Shown here: positions 44,202 through 53,968 of the stretch, piece after piece
How the letters are laid out: each line of letters opens with the position of its first letter
Numbering within the stretch: the stretch's first letter is position 1
IMG/VR virus record: IMGVR_UViG_3300032092_000036
Location: 1-55,634 of that record
Source of the DNA: a virus
Taxonomy: Duplodnaviria; Caudoviricetes
Direction: 5' to 3' (one strand)
Length of the DNA: 55,634 nucleotides
Program-made: the position numbers and the translations under genes
The notes under the pieces: generated by a model
What the model was told of the DNA's origin: nothing
The model's input: the letters and a program-made list of their open reading frames with translations, nothing else
The model's database searches: none

Positions 44202-46271
44202 ATGAACCAGAATCTAGGCATCAGTATGGGCGGCATCCTTCCGGCAATGTCGGCAGCGGGTGTTGCAGAACAGCAGCGTAAAGCGTCAGAGCTTGCGCAG
44301 GCGCAGCCGCTGATTACATCTATTGCATCCTATGTCCGCAACTGCTGGACTGAAGCGAGGACAGCAAAAGAGCAAACGGTCGAGCCTAGAATGTTTAAAG
44401 CCGTGCGCGCACGCCGCGGAGAATACGATCCTGACGTTCTAACGATGATTCGCCAAAACGGCGGCTCAGAAATTTACATGATGCTTACCTCCAACAAATG
44501 CCGTGCTGCGGCAAGTTGGTTGCGTGATGTGTTATTGGGACAAGGTGCAGATAAACCTTGGACTATCAGGCCAACGCCTACACCCACACTGTCACCGGAT
44601 ATTATGGAAGAGATGCGTCTGCATGCAATACAGCAGATGGCTCAGGTGATTGAGATTACTGGTCAAGCTTTACCTCCTACGCAGTTGCGTAAGTTCTTAA
44701 ACGAGTTGCGCGAAGAGTACATGCACAACGTGATGGAAGAGGCGAAGTTCAAAGTCAAGCAGATGGAACACAAAATGGAGGATCAGCTCATTGAGGGCGG
44801 ATTCATCACGGCGTTTGATGCATTTATTGACGACATCACAACATTCCCCTGTGCATTCTTAAAGGGCCCAATCGTTCGTCGCAAGCCGAGAATGAAGTGG
44901 AACCCGGATGTACAAGCAGGCTATCAGTTGCTGATTGTGGATGACCTAGTGCTCGAGTGGGAGCGCGTTGACCCATTTATGATTTATCCGTCTCCTGCGT
45001 CGACAGGGATTAATGATGGTTATCTGATTGAGCGTCACAAGCTCCGCCAGACTGACCTTGAAGAAATGATTGGAGTAGAAGGATATGATGACGAAGCTAT
45101 TAGACAAGTTATCGAAGCTTATGGCCGCGGCGGTCTCCAAGAGTGGCTCATTGTTGACTCGACTAAAGCGCAAGCCGAAGGAAGATCAACCTCCGCAGTA
45201 ATGCAAAACAGCGAGCATTTGATTGACGCTATCCAGTTCTGGGGTATGGTGTCTGGTCAGATGTTACGCGACTGGGGTTTGTCAGATACAGAAGTGCCTG
45301 ACATTACAAAGCAGTATCCTTGTGAAGCGTGGCTCATCGGCTCATACGTTATCAAGGCATCACTGAACTACCACCCCCTCGGTCAGAAGCCTTACTACAA
45401 AGCATCGTACGAAGGTGTTCCCGGCACGTTCTGGGGCAACAGTACGTATGACTTGATCAAGGACTGCCAAGACATGTGTAACAGCGCTACACGCGCTTTG
45501 GCTAACAACATGGGCATTGCCTCTGGACCACAGGTGTGGGTCAACGTGGATCGCGTACCACAGGGCGAAGATATCACGCAGATGTACCCATGGAAGATTC
45601 ACCAAATCACTTCAGACCCAATGGGTTCGTCAGCTGCGCCAATTGGCTTTTTCCAGCCAAACTCAAATGCACAAGAGCTCATGGCTGTGTATGAGAAGTT
45701 CTCTATTTTGGCGGACGAATATTCAGGCATTCCACGTTACATGACAGGTTCTAGCCCCACAGGTGGCGCTGGCCGTACGGCGTCCGGTATGTCCATGCTG
45801 ATGGGCAATGCGAACAAGTCTATGAAGCAGGTTGTTGCAAACATTGATAACAGCGTGATGACTCCGCTGCTTGAGCGCTTGTATTTCTACAACATGAAGT
45901 ACAGCGAAGACAACGAACTCAAAGGCGACGTGACCATTGTGGCCCGCGGCTCCAACAGCATCGTGGCCAAAGAGACTGCACAGGTTCGTCGTAACGAATT
46001 CTTGCAGGCAACAGCAAATCCGATTGATATGCAGATTATGGGTATCGACGGCCGCGCTACTCTGTTACGCGAAACTGCAAAGCAGTTGGACGTAAACCCC
46101 GACGATGTTGTGCCTCCACGTGAGAAGTTGCGTGTCGCACAACAGATTGCACAAATGATGCAAGCTGGCCAGCCACCACAGCAAACGCCCGGACAGGGAG
46201 CTCCTGCGGGAAGTCCCGTTCAGAACCAGCAGATGTTGAGTAATGGCGCACCAATTACAGATAATTTTTAA
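44202..46271 (+). CDS. Portal protein
   Basis: 689 aa after TerL; ERVDPF, FWG, GIPRY, RTASGMSML; Gln-rich tail. Confidence 0.88.
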   Translation: MNQNLGISMGGILPAMSAAGVAEQQRKASELAQAQPLITSIASYVRNCWTEARTAKEQTVEPRMFKAVRARRGEYDPDVLTMIRQNGGSEIYMMLTSNKCRAAASWLRDVLLGQGADKPWTIRPTPTPTLSPDIMEEMRLHAIQQMAQVIEITGQALPPTQLRKFLNELREEYMHNVMEEAKFKVKQMEHKMEDQLIEGGFITAFDAFIDDITTFPCAFLKGPIVRRKPRMKWNPDVQAGYQLLIVDDLVLEWERVDPFMIYPSPASTGINDGYLIERHKLRQTDLEEMIGVEGYDDEAIRQVIEAYGRGGLQEWLIVDSTKAQAEGRSTSAVMQNSEHLIDAIQFWGMVSGQMLRDWGLSDTEVPDITKQYPCEAWLIGSYVIKASLNYHPLGQKPYYKASYEGVPGTFWGNSTYDLIKDCQDMCNSATRALANNMGIASGPQVWVNVDRVPQGEDITQMYPWKIHQITSDPMGSSAAPIGFFQPNSNAQELMAVYEKFSILADEYSGIPRYMTGSSPTGGAGRTASGMSMLMGNANKSMKQVVANIDNSVMTPLLERLYFYNMKYSEDNELKGDVTIVARGSNSIVAKETAQVRRNEFLQATANPIDMQIMGIDGRATLLRETAKQLDVNPDDVVPPREKLRVAQQIAQMMQAGQPPQQTPGQGAPAGSPVQNQQMLSNGAPITDNF

Positions 46272-46277
46272 ATTCTC

Positions 46278-46306
46278 TTGACATGGGGTTTACCCCATGA
46301 TACAAA
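46278..46306 (+). promoter_or_regulatory. Possible promoter with palindromic spacer
   Basis: TTGACA-N17-TACAAA; CATGGGGTTTACCCCATG palindrome overlaps the spacer. Confidence 0.45.
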
Positions 46307-46328
46307 CCACACAGTAAAAGGACTGAAC

Positions 46329-46796
46329 ATGAACTATTCTGGCAAATCCAAAATGATGAATCGCTACGCAGACGGCGGCGAAACCGTTGAGTACGTTGAG
46401 GCTGGTTCGGGCTCGTCGGAAAGTTCTTCTCCCATGGAGTCTTCTGAATCAAAAGCCGAAGAGTCTTCTAAGCCAGAGTACAAGTCCTTCAAAGAAGCGT
46501 TTGCTGCTGAGCGTAAGGCCGGCAACAAAACTTTTGAATACATGGGCAAGAAGTACACAACCGATATGGCTCCCCGTGATACTGGTAGCGACATGGCTCG
46601 TATGCAAGCTCGTGCTCCTAAACCAGCACTGCGCGCAGAAACAAATGATGATCGCGCTAAACGCTATGTTGAAAAACGCGCTGCCGCTCGTGCAGAAGCT
46701 GCGGCTAACGCCGCACGCGGTCGTAGTGGAGTTAAGATGGCCAACGGCGGTGTTGTTAAACGCGCTACAGTCACTGCGCGAGGCAAAGCTTGCTAA
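46329..46796 (+). CDS. Small head-associated protein with xAxGG motifs
   Basis: YADGG and MANGG motifs; SFKEAFAAERKAG...FEYMGKKYTT module. Confidence 0.7.
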   Translation: MNYSGKSKMMNRYADGGETVEYVEAGSGSSESSSPMESSESKAEESSKPEYKSFKEAFAAERKAGNKTFEYMGKKYTTDMAPRDTGSDMARMQARAPKPALRAETNDDRAKRYVEKRAAARAEAAANAARGRSGVKMANGGVVKRATVTARGKAC

Positions 46797-47020
46797 TTAA
46801 ACCAGACGCTCGACAATTTCAAGCGTTGGCTAGGATTTCTAAGTCAGACGATGGAGAGGTTTTGTTGAAATTACTCGAAACCGAACTCGAAAAGCTGACA
46901 AATAATTTGCTGGATACGTCCGGCGATACCACCCCGAGAGTCCAAGGGATGGCGCGAGAGTGTAAAGACATTCTCACGTTGCTTCAGGTATCCCCTGAGC
47001 TGGCAGAAAAGACACGGTAA
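46790..47020 (+). CDS. Small head-gene-cluster protein
   Basis: Helical 76 aa (RVQGMA) between portal and scaffold. Confidence 0.7.
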   Translation: MLIKPDARQFQALARISKSDDGEVLLKLLETELEKLTNNLLDTSGDTTPRVQGMARECKDILTLLQVSPELAEKTR

Positions 47021-47100
47021 GCCTAAGGGGGAAGCCCCCGGCAAGTCGTTTTGTAAAAACACGCCCAAGTTCTGTGGTGGAACCGGCATAAGGAGTATTT

Positions 47101-48087
47101 ATGGCATTGCCAAAACAGGTACAAGCTCAAGCACACGTTGCGGAAGAGTATGACAAGCAGGTTGCTGCAGCCCAACAGGCCGTAGAACCCAAGCCCGAAG
47201 ACGAACAACAACAGAGTTCTGAGCCAGAACCAGAGAAGCAAAGTCAGGAACCAGTCTCCGTTGAGACACCGAAACCTACTGAAGACGACGCGGCATGGAA
47301 GCAACGCTACCTGTCACTTCAAGGTCAGTACAACAGCCAAGTGCCAACCCTGCAACAGCAAGTGCGGCAACTGACGGATTCGATGGATCAATTACAGGCA
47401 AAACTCAAGGAACAGAAAGCCGAAACGCAAGCTGAACCTGAGCCGAGCCAACTGGTTACAAACAAAGACGTGGAAGCATTTGGTGAGGACTTGGTAGACC
47501 TAGCCCGCCGTATTGCCAAAGAAGAATTTGGCAGACGCGAGTCAAAGTACATCAAGCAAATCGAGGCACTAGAAGGCCAGTTGACCAAAGCCGAAGGCCA
47601 AGTCGGTGAAGTTGTTCAGTCTCAAGCAAAGACAGCGCAGGATCGATTCTTTGAGAATCTCAATTCAACGTTGCCAAGCTGGGAGGCGATTCAAGCAACA
47701 GATGATTGTCAGACATGGTTAGCAACTCGGATTCCGGGTTCTCAAGCTACATGGAACGACGCTCTTCTGAACGCTGCAAGTCGTCAGGACGTCTCCGCCG
47801 TCAAGGAAGTGTTTGATACATTCTTCGAGAAGTATCCAGCGCATAACCCTTCAGCTCGAAAGCAACAGCAATCTAATGCACGCCAAGAGCTAAACCGTCA
47901 GGTTGCACCGGGGAAGTCGACAGCTTCTACCCCTAGTTCGCAAAACGGCCGAATCTATACAAGCGCTGATTACATCGCTGAAAGCAATAGGATCGTCCGG
48001 TTGTCACAACAGGGTAAGCACGAGCAAGCGATGCAGCTACAAACCGAGTTAGATGCTGCCCAAACAGAAGGACGTATTCGTCCATAA
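47101..48087 (+). CDS. Capsid scaffolding protein (putative)
   Basis: Acidic N-terminus, WKQRYLSLQGQY coiled coil, AQTEGRI end; directly before the MCP. Confidence 0.75.
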   Translation: MALPKQVQAQAHVAEEYDKQVAAAQQAVEPKPEDEQQQSSEPEPEKQSQEPVSVETPKPTEDDAAWKQRYLSLQGQYNSQVPTLQQQVRQLTDSMDQLQAKLKEQKAETQAEPEPSQLVTNKDVEAFGEDLVDLARRIAKEEFGRRESKYIKQIEALEGQLTKAEGQVGEVVQSQAKTAQDRFFENLNSTLPSWEAIQATDDCQTWLATRIPGSQATWNDALLNAASRQDVSAVKEVFDTFFEKYPAHNPSARKQQQSNARQELNRQVAPGKSTASTPSSQNGRIYTSADYIAESNRIVRLSQQGKHEQAMQLQTELDAAQTEGRIRP

Positions 48088-48139
48088 CTGTAACGGCGGC
48101 GTGTTTTGACAAACCGATTTTTTTTATTTGGAGCATTAA

Positions 48140-49129
48140 ATGTCTACAATCACAGCAGCCGCCGGTTATGCCGTAACCGCACCCTTTAACACAAACCCTT
48201 CGTACTCTGGTACGTTCATCCCCGCAATTTGGTCTAGCAAACTGAACGTTAAGTTCTACGCTAACACCACATTCGGTGAAGTTTCCAATACATCTTGGGA
48301 AGGCGATATCAAGAACATGGGCGATAAAGTTGTCATCAACAACATCCCCTCTATCACCATCAGCACTTACACTGTTGGTTCTAGCTTGAACTACGAAGCA
48401 CCAACTCCTAACACCATTGAGTTGAACATCGACAAAGGCTACTACTTTGGCGTGAACGTTTCTGACGTTCTCGAGTACCAAGCTCAGCCTAACTTGATGG
48501 ACATGTTCACGACTGACGCAGCCAACCAGATGAAAATCGCCGTTGACCGCGAATCTTTCTTGGGCACATTCAGCTCTGCCGCTGCTGCCAACATTGGCGC
48601 AACTGCTGGTGTTTTGAGCGGTTCTTTCAACCTCGGTACTGACGCAGCTCCTTTGGACTACGTTGCTGGCAGCCCCCTGCCTACAATCTTGAACACGATC
48701 ACTTCCATGTCTTCTGTTCTGGACGAGCAAAACGTTCCTGAGACTGATCGTTTCTTGATCATTACGCCCACTGAGCGTCAGTTGCTCATGCAATCTCCAT
48801 TGGCTCAAGCCTATGTAACTGGTGATGCCCAGTCTATCTTGCGTAACGGTAAGATCGGCCGTATCGACCGCTTTGATATCTATGTGTCTAACTTGTTGCC
48901 TAAAGCAGCTGCTGACCAGAACTACTCTGGCGGTGCTGATGCCGGTAAAGTTAAGCGCCACGTTATCATCGCTGGTCAGAAGTCTGCATTGACTTTTGCT
49001 TCGCAGATCAACAAGGTTGAGTCTATTCCCAACCCCAACGACTTCGGTACTTTGGTCCGCGGTTTGATGATCTACGGTCGCAAGACAGTTAAGCCAGAAG
49101 CTTTGACCTACGCTGTGGTCAAGGGCTAA
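48140..49129 (+). CDS. Major capsid protein (P22-coat-like)
   Basis: FIPAIWS, WEGDIKNMGDKVVI, NGKIGRIDRFDIYVSN, VRGLMIYGRK; strong codon bias. Confidence 0.9.
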   Translation: MSTITAAAGYAVTAPFNTNPSYSGTFIPAIWSSKLNVKFYANTTFGEVSNTSWEGDIKNMGDKVVINNIPSITISTYTVGSSLNYEAPTPNTIELNIDKGYYFGVNVSDVLEYQAQPNLMDMFTTDAANQMKIAVDRESFLGTFSSAAAANIGATAGVLSGSFNLGTDAAPLDYVAGSPLPTILNTITSMSSVLDEQNVPETDRFLIITPTERQLLMQSPLAQAYVTGDAQSILRNGKIGRIDRFDIYVSNLLPKAAADQNYSGGADAGKVKRHVIIAGQKSALTFASQINKVESIPNPNDFGTLVRGLMIYGRKTVKPEALTYAVVKG

Positions 49130-49131
49130 GC

Positions 49132-49153
49132 AAAAAGCCCTTCGGGGCTTTTT
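49132..49153 (+). terminator. Terminator after the MCP
   Basis: AAAAAGCCC-TTCG-GGGCTTTTT. Confidence 0.85.
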
Positions 49154-49183
49154 CCCGTTTATATTTTATTTTTGGAGATCAAA

Positions 49184-49522
49184 ATGGCTAATTCAATGAG
49201 CTTTGCAACCGAAGTTGGTGGTTACGAGACCGCTACTGCAGGTACTACACAAACCCAAGCCGGTGCTACAGCACTGACAGGCTTTATCAACTACGTTACC
49301 ACAGGCACTGCTGCTGATGGCGTTAAATTGCCTGCCGATCGCACTGCTGGCGATATTGTTTACGTTGTTAACAGTTCAGCGAATTCGTTGAACGTCTACC
49401 CCAATACTGGCGGTAAGATTAACAACGGCTCTGCCAACGCTGCTAAGGCTTTGGTTGCTAACATGTCCGGCTGCTATATCAGCTTGGGCAGCGAAAACTG
49501 GGCTGCGGTCCTCAGCGCCTAA
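49184..49522 (+). CDS. Capsid decoration/cement-like protein
   Basis: TAGTTQTQAGATAL...GVKLP...LNVYP; follows the MCP. Confidence 0.65.
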   Translation: MANSMSFATEVGGYETATAGTTQTQAGATALTGFINYVTTGTAADGVKLPADRTAGDIVYVVNSSANSLNVYPNTGGKINNGSANAAKALVANMSGCYISLGSENWAAVLSA

Positions 49523-49535
49523 TCAGCGCAGCAAG

Positions 49536-49560
49536 AGGGGCCCCACGGGGCCCCTTCTTG
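49536..49560 (+). terminator. GC-rich hairpin/terminator
   Basis: AGGGGCCC-CACG-GGGCCCCT followed by TCTTG. Confidence 0.65.
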
Positions 49561-49601
49561 TGTTAGTATTCTCATAACTTCAAACTCTACGAGGTTAGCT
49601 C

Positions 49602-50291
49602 ATGGCGACCATCACAGTTGCGTCGATCCTGACCAAGGTTTCGACAATTCTTCAAGACCCGACAAACATTCGCTGGCCTACTGACGAATTGATTTTGTGG
49701 CTGAACGATGGCCAGCGTGAAACCGCGTTGTATAAACCAAATGCGTTTGTTATAAACGCTGCTGTTATTTGTGTAGCAGGCACTAAGCAGACACTGCCCG
49801 CTGCAGCCGTTTCCTTGATCGACGTAGTACGCAATATGGGCACTAACGGCACAACGCCGGGCAATGCAATTCGTGCTGTGTCTCGTGAGATTTTAGATGC
49901 GCAAGTTCCAAATTGGCACTCGTCTACTCCTAGCGCAGTTACAAAGCATTTCGTTTATACCCCCCTAGATTCAAAGACGTTTTACGTATACCCCCCTCAG
50001 CCGTCCTCAAGTCAGGGCTATATAGAGTTGGTTTACGTTGCTGCACCATCAGATGCAGTATCTGGCGGCGTTATCACTATCGACGATATTTACGTCACGG
50101 CGCTTATCAGTTACATTCTGTTCAGGGCTTACAGCAAGGATGCTGAGTACGCAAACAATTCTGCTTTGGCTGCCTCATACTATCAGCAGTTCCAAGGTCT
50201 CTTGCAAGGCAAAGCCACAGCCGAAGCTGCGTCTAACCCGAACCAAGCGCTAGCCCCATTTAACCCTAACTTACCGGGATCAATGAAGTGA
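49602..50291 (+). CDS. Head-tail adaptor protein
   Basis: RWPTDELILWLNDGQRE...FYVYPP...YILFRAYSKD. Confidence 0.75.
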   Translation: MATITVASILTKVSTILQDPTNIRWPTDELILWLNDGQRETALYKPNAFVINAAVICVAGTKQTLPAAAVSLIDVVRNMGTNGTTPGNAIRAVSREILDAQVPNWHSSTPSAVTKHFVYTPLDSKTFYVYPPQPSSSQGYIELVYVAAPSDAVSGGVITIDDIYVTALISYILFRAYSKDAEYANNSALAASYYQQFQGLLQGKATAEAASNPNQALAPFNPNLPGSMK

Positions 50292-50932
50292 GCAACGTCT
50301 CCTACGAAGTTTTCTTGCCGAACATTGTTCCGTACGCGCCCAACGTACTGGACGACCAAGCAATTGAGGCTGTGCGCAACGCCTGCATCGACTTCTGCCG
50401 CGAGACGTTATTCCTGCAGTGTGACTTAACGCCGATCACTGTGATGGCCGGCGCAAACACGTATTGCATCGATGTGCCTAAGTACAACATTCTTGGCCAA
50501 CTGATGGGCATCTACTATCAGAGCCGAAAATTAGAGCGTAAGAGCCAGTATGAATTAGAGAAGATGTTCTCCATGAACTGGCAATCCCAGCTTGGAACTC
50601 CACAGGCGTACACGCAGTTCAACCCCAACGACATTACGCTGGCTTTATGCCCCGCAGAAACTGTCCAGAACGCGATCACAGGCCGTTTTTCATACATGCC
50701 GCTACGCGACTCTACTGTTGTCGATTCGCAGCTGTACGAGCGATATTTAGAAGAAATTTCAAGCGGAGCGCTTGCTAGTTTACTGGAAACGCCTAATCAG
50801 CCGTATACCGACGCTGCAGGCGCTAAAGCATATACATTGAAGTTTCGAATTGCTAAACAAACGGCCCGGGCTTATGTGACCGGCGGTATGAACCATGCGC
50901 CCATGCGCATACGTTACAGTAGGATTTGGTAA
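50288..50932 (+). CDS. Tail tubular/adaptor protein
   Basis: AVRNACIDFCRET...GTPQAY...GALASL. Confidence 0.7.
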   Translation: MSNVSYEVFLPNIVPYAPNVLDDQAIEAVRNACIDFCRETLFLQCDLTPITVMAGANTYCIDVPKYNILGQLMGIYYQSRKLERKSQYELEKMFSMNWQSQLGTPQAYTQFNPNDITLALCPAETVQNAITGRFSYMPLRDSTVVDSQLYERYLEEISSGALASLLETPNQPYTDAAGAKAYTLKFRIAKQTARAYVTGGMNHAPMRIRYSRIW

Positions 50933-51267
50933 TGAGCTGCGATCTGATCTATCTTGTTCAAGGTGACGTAAACCGCCCGCAAGTTGAGGCGACAATTACC
51001 AATGAAAACACAGGCGCTGTAGTAGATATTACTGGCGCTACTGTTGTTATGAAGTTCCGCATGGTTGGTGCTACTACGCTGCAAGACACAATTGCGGGCA
51101 CAGTCACAAACGGCGTTGGCGGGGTCTGCGTTTTCCCCATGACAGCGTTGGCCATGTCAGGAGACCCCGGTAACTATGAAGGTGAAATTCAAGTTACGTT
51201 TGCCTCTGGCGGCGGTGTTCAGACTGTATACGACCCATTAAGATTTAGGATGCGCGAGGACTTCTAA
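50932..51267 (+). CDS. BppU-N-like tail protein
   Basis: LVQGD...VDITGATV...GNYEGEIQVTF...QT. Confidence 0.7.
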   Translation: MSCDLIYLVQGDVNRPQVEATITNENTGAVVDITGATVVMKFRMVGATTLQDTIAGTVTNGVGGVCVFPMTALAMSGDPGNYEGEIQVTFASGGGVQTVYDPLRFRMREDF

Positions 51268-52160
51268 TGCGCGCTACCTATGCATACATTAAACTTCAGG
51301 CAGAAATTGCTTACGTAAAACTTCAGGCAACTGTTAGCTACGTCAAACTTAGCGCCGCTACAAGTTATGTATTGCTTAAAGCCACAGCCATTACAGGTTA
51401 CTTTTTAAAATTTATTGATCTTTTTGACACTGCTCGCGCAACTGATGCTGCTGTAAAAACAGTTGGTAAAGGGCTTACCGAAACCGCGCAAGCTAGCGAA
51501 ACGCTAGTCAAAAGCTCCGGAAAAGCGCTTAGTGACACCGGTAGTGCGTCTGATCTAGCCGCTAAGACCTTTGGTAAAACAGCATCTGATACTGCAACGC
51601 CAAGTGATGCCGCCGTTCTGGGCCTCAACAAAACGCTAAACGACACGGCGTTTGCCACGGATGACGTAGATGGTATTGTCACAGACGACGATCAAATCAT
51701 TCAGTTCATGAAAGTGTTGTCTGAAGTTGTTACGCCAACTGAGACCCTTGTTATAGCGAACGGATTTAACCGAGAGTTTGTAGAGTCTGCTGTGAGTGGT
51801 GACGTTGCAGCCAAGACTTTCATTAAGAATCTAATCGACACGGTTAATGTGACCGATGTTGCAGATGTTAGAAACGCTAAGGTTGAGAATCCAAGTGATG
51901 GCTCAAGCGTATCTGATCAGGCCGTTATTGGATTTGGAAAAGCTCTTACTGAGTCGCCGACAGCGGCTGATGCCGCGTTTAAAGGTTTTATTAAAGGGTT
52001 GACTGAAACGCCAACCGCAACAGATTCCGCCGTTATTGTGGCTGGAAAAGCTCTTATCGACTCGACTAGCGCGTCAGATGCTGGTACATTGATAAGCCAA
52101 GGCTACTGCGATATCACGTACTTCGCGGAAGACTATGTAGGAACTAGTCGTACTTTTTAA
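51267..52160 (+). CDS. Repeat-rich tail protein
   Basis: Tandem ~19-aa KxLT(E/D)TxxAxD repeats; N-terminal YxKL repeats. Confidence 0.7.
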   Translation: MRATYAYIKLQAEIAYVKLQATVSYVKLSAATSYVLLKATAITGYFLKFIDLFDTARATDAAVKTVGKGLTETAQASETLVKSSGKALSDTGSASDLAAKTFGKTASDTATPSDAAVLGLNKTLNDTAFATDDVDGIVTDDDQIIQFMKVLSEVVTPTETLVIANGFNREFVESAVSGDVAAKTFIKNLIDTVNVTDVADVRNAKVENPSDGSSVSDQAVIGFGKALTESPTAADAAFKGFIKGLTETPTATDSAVIVAGKALIDSTSASDAGTLISQGYCDITYFAEDYVGTSRTF

Positions 52161-52169
52161 GGAATCCCC

Positions 52170-52625
52170 ATGAACACGAATGAAAAAATTGTCGCTACTG
52201 GCGAATTGAAGATTGTAGTAACCGCTCCCGACGGTACAGTCAAGCACGAGCAGGAAGTCAAGAACTTGGTTGTTACAGCCGGTTTGGGATTTATTGCCAG
52301 TCGTATGGCGGGCACGTCCGCTAACGTTATGAGCCACATGGCCATTGGTACAAATAACACGGCAGCAGCTGCAGGCAACACTGCTTTGGGCGCTGAATCT
52401 GCACGCGTGGCTTTAACTAGCACAACCCCAACAGGCGCAGCCGTTGCTTACGTTGCTTCTTTCCCAGCAGGCACTCCCGCAACACTAACCGGCATTCAAG
52501 AAGCCGGCATCTTCAATGCTTCTTCTGCAGGAACGATGCTTTGCCGCACTGTGTTTGCAGTCGTTAACAAAGACGTAAACGATACAATGTCCATTACTTG
52601 GACAGTTACAATGGCTGCACCTTAA
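52170..52625 (+). CDS. Tail protein
   Basis: NLVVTAG...MAIGT...EAGIFNA...GTMLCRTVF...ITWTVT. Confidence 0.75.
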   Translation: MNTNEKIVATGELKIVVTAPDGTVKHEQEVKNLVVTAGLGFIASRMAGTSANVMSHMAIGTNNTAAAAGNTALGAESARVALTSTTPTGAAVAYVASFPAGTPATLTGIQEAGIFNASSAGTMLCRTVFAVVNKDVNDTMSITWTVTMAAP

Positions 52626-52637
52626 TCGGAGTAATCC

Positions 52638-53000
52638 ATGAGTACCATTATTACCCGTGCAGGTAAGGGCTCGCCTCTTACCAACAATGAGGTTGATGCC
52701 AACTTCGTTAATCTGAATACTGACAAAATTCAGGTTACGGGTACGCCTACGAGTGGGCAGGCGGTGGTATGGGATGCTACAAACTCACGTTGGATACCCG
52801 GCACTGCAGCGTCTAGGGTAACGATTTCGTCTACAGCGCCAGCAGGAGCTACGGCAGGCGATCGATGGCTGGACGCAGATACAGGCGTTGAATATTTGTA
52901 TACCGATGACGGCACATCCTCTCAGTGGGTGGAGTTTGGCCCAACGGCTATTGTTGTTACGTCTGGCGATGCGCTTGCATTTGCTATTGCATTAGGATAA
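52638..53000 (+). CDS. Tail fibre-related protein
   Basis: KGSPLTNNEVDANF; GDRWLDADTG; AFAIALG end. Confidence 0.75.
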   Translation: MSTIITRAGKGSPLTNNEVDANFVNLNTDKIQVTGTPTSGQAVVWDATNSRWIPGTAASRVTISSTAPAGATAGDRWLDADTGVEYLYTDDGTSSQWVEFGPTAIVVTSGDALAFAIALG

Positions 53001-53002
53001 AT

Positions 53003-53320
53003 ATGGCAAACACATTTAAAAACTACATCGCTGCAAGCGTTACAACACAGACTTCGGTGTATACCGTGCCAAGCGCAACTCAATCAACTATTATTGGTTT
53101 AAACGTTGCAAACACAAACGCCAGTGCGGCCTCTGTTGATATTCAAGTCACATCCGGCGCAACAACTGTGTACTTTGCAAAAGCTGTTCCGATCCCAGTA
53201 GGTAGCTCACTCGTTGCTGTAGGTGGAGATCAGAAGCTTGTGTTAGAGGCTGCGGACGTGCTCAAAGTAACATCCACGGTTACGGTTGACGTGACTGTTT
53301 CTGTATTGGAGATTTCATAA
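53003..53320 (+). CDS. Small tail protein
   Basis: MANTFKN...VYTVP...KLVLEAAD...SVLEIS. Confidence 0.75.
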   Translation: MANTFKNYIAASVTTQTSVYTVPSATQSTIIGLNVANTNASAASVDIQVTSGATTVYFAKAVPIPVGSSLVAVGGDQKLVLEAADVLKVTSTVTVDVTVSVLEIS

Positions 53321-53958
53321 TGAGTTATATCGGAAAAGAGCCGACCCCAGTCCCACTGACGACCTCCGATTTAGTCGATGGTATTGTCACGTCTGCTAAG
53401 CTTGCGTCTAGCCTTGCACTGACCACTCCTGATCTTGGAACTCCATCTGCCGGTGTTTTGACTAATGCAACTGGTTTGCCGGTTAGCACAGGTATTTCTG
53501 GTCTGGGAACTGGCGTTGCTACTTTCTTGGCTACACCGTCTAGTGCCAATCTGGCGTCTGCCGTAACAGGCGAAACAGGCTCTGGCGCTTTGGTGTTTGG
53601 CACAGCTCCTACCCTTGGAAATCCAACGGTCACCAACTATGTTGAAACACCGTATACAGCGAATAGTTCTACTGCCATCACGCTCGACTTGGCCAATGGT
53701 ACAGTTCAGATTATTACGCTAACAGGCAATTGCACTTACACATTTCCAACGCCCGTAGCCGGTAAAAGTTTTATCTTGGTACAAAAGCAAGATGCAACAG
53801 GGTCACGCACAGTTACTTGGCCCGCCTCGGTTGATTGGCCCGCGGCTACTGCGCCAACGCTAACGGCAACGGCATTGCGTGCAGACAAGTTTGTATTTAC
53901 TGCTATTGATGGCTCTAATTGGCTTGGAAGTGTCGCTGGTCAGAACTACACAGTTTGA
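53320..53958 (+). CDS. Tail fibre protein
   Basis: MSYIGKEP; TPDLGTPSAGVLTNATGLP repeat; QDATGSRTVTW. Confidence 0.75.
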   Translation: MSYIGKEPTPVPLTTSDLVDGIVTSAKLASSLALTTPDLGTPSAGVLTNATGLPVSTGISGLGTGVATFLATPSSANLASAVTGETGSGALVFGTAPTLGNPTVTNYVETPYTANSSTAITLDLANGTVQIITLTGNCTYTFPTPVAGKSFILVQKQDATGSRTVTWPASVDWPAATAPTLTATALRADKFVFTAIDGSNWLGSVAGQNYTV

Positions 53959-53968
53959 GGACTTATAA

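Noticed and set aside
47933-48961. 342-aa antisense ORF opposite the MCP
   Set aside because: Shadow of the strong codon bias in the capsid gene; no recognisable motifs.
49127-49186. MCP and the next gene are in frame with no intervening stop, suggesting a read-through fusion
   Set aside because: The stop is TAA, a strong terminator intervenes, and the downstream gene has its own GGAG RBS. A short stop-free stretch is expected by chance.
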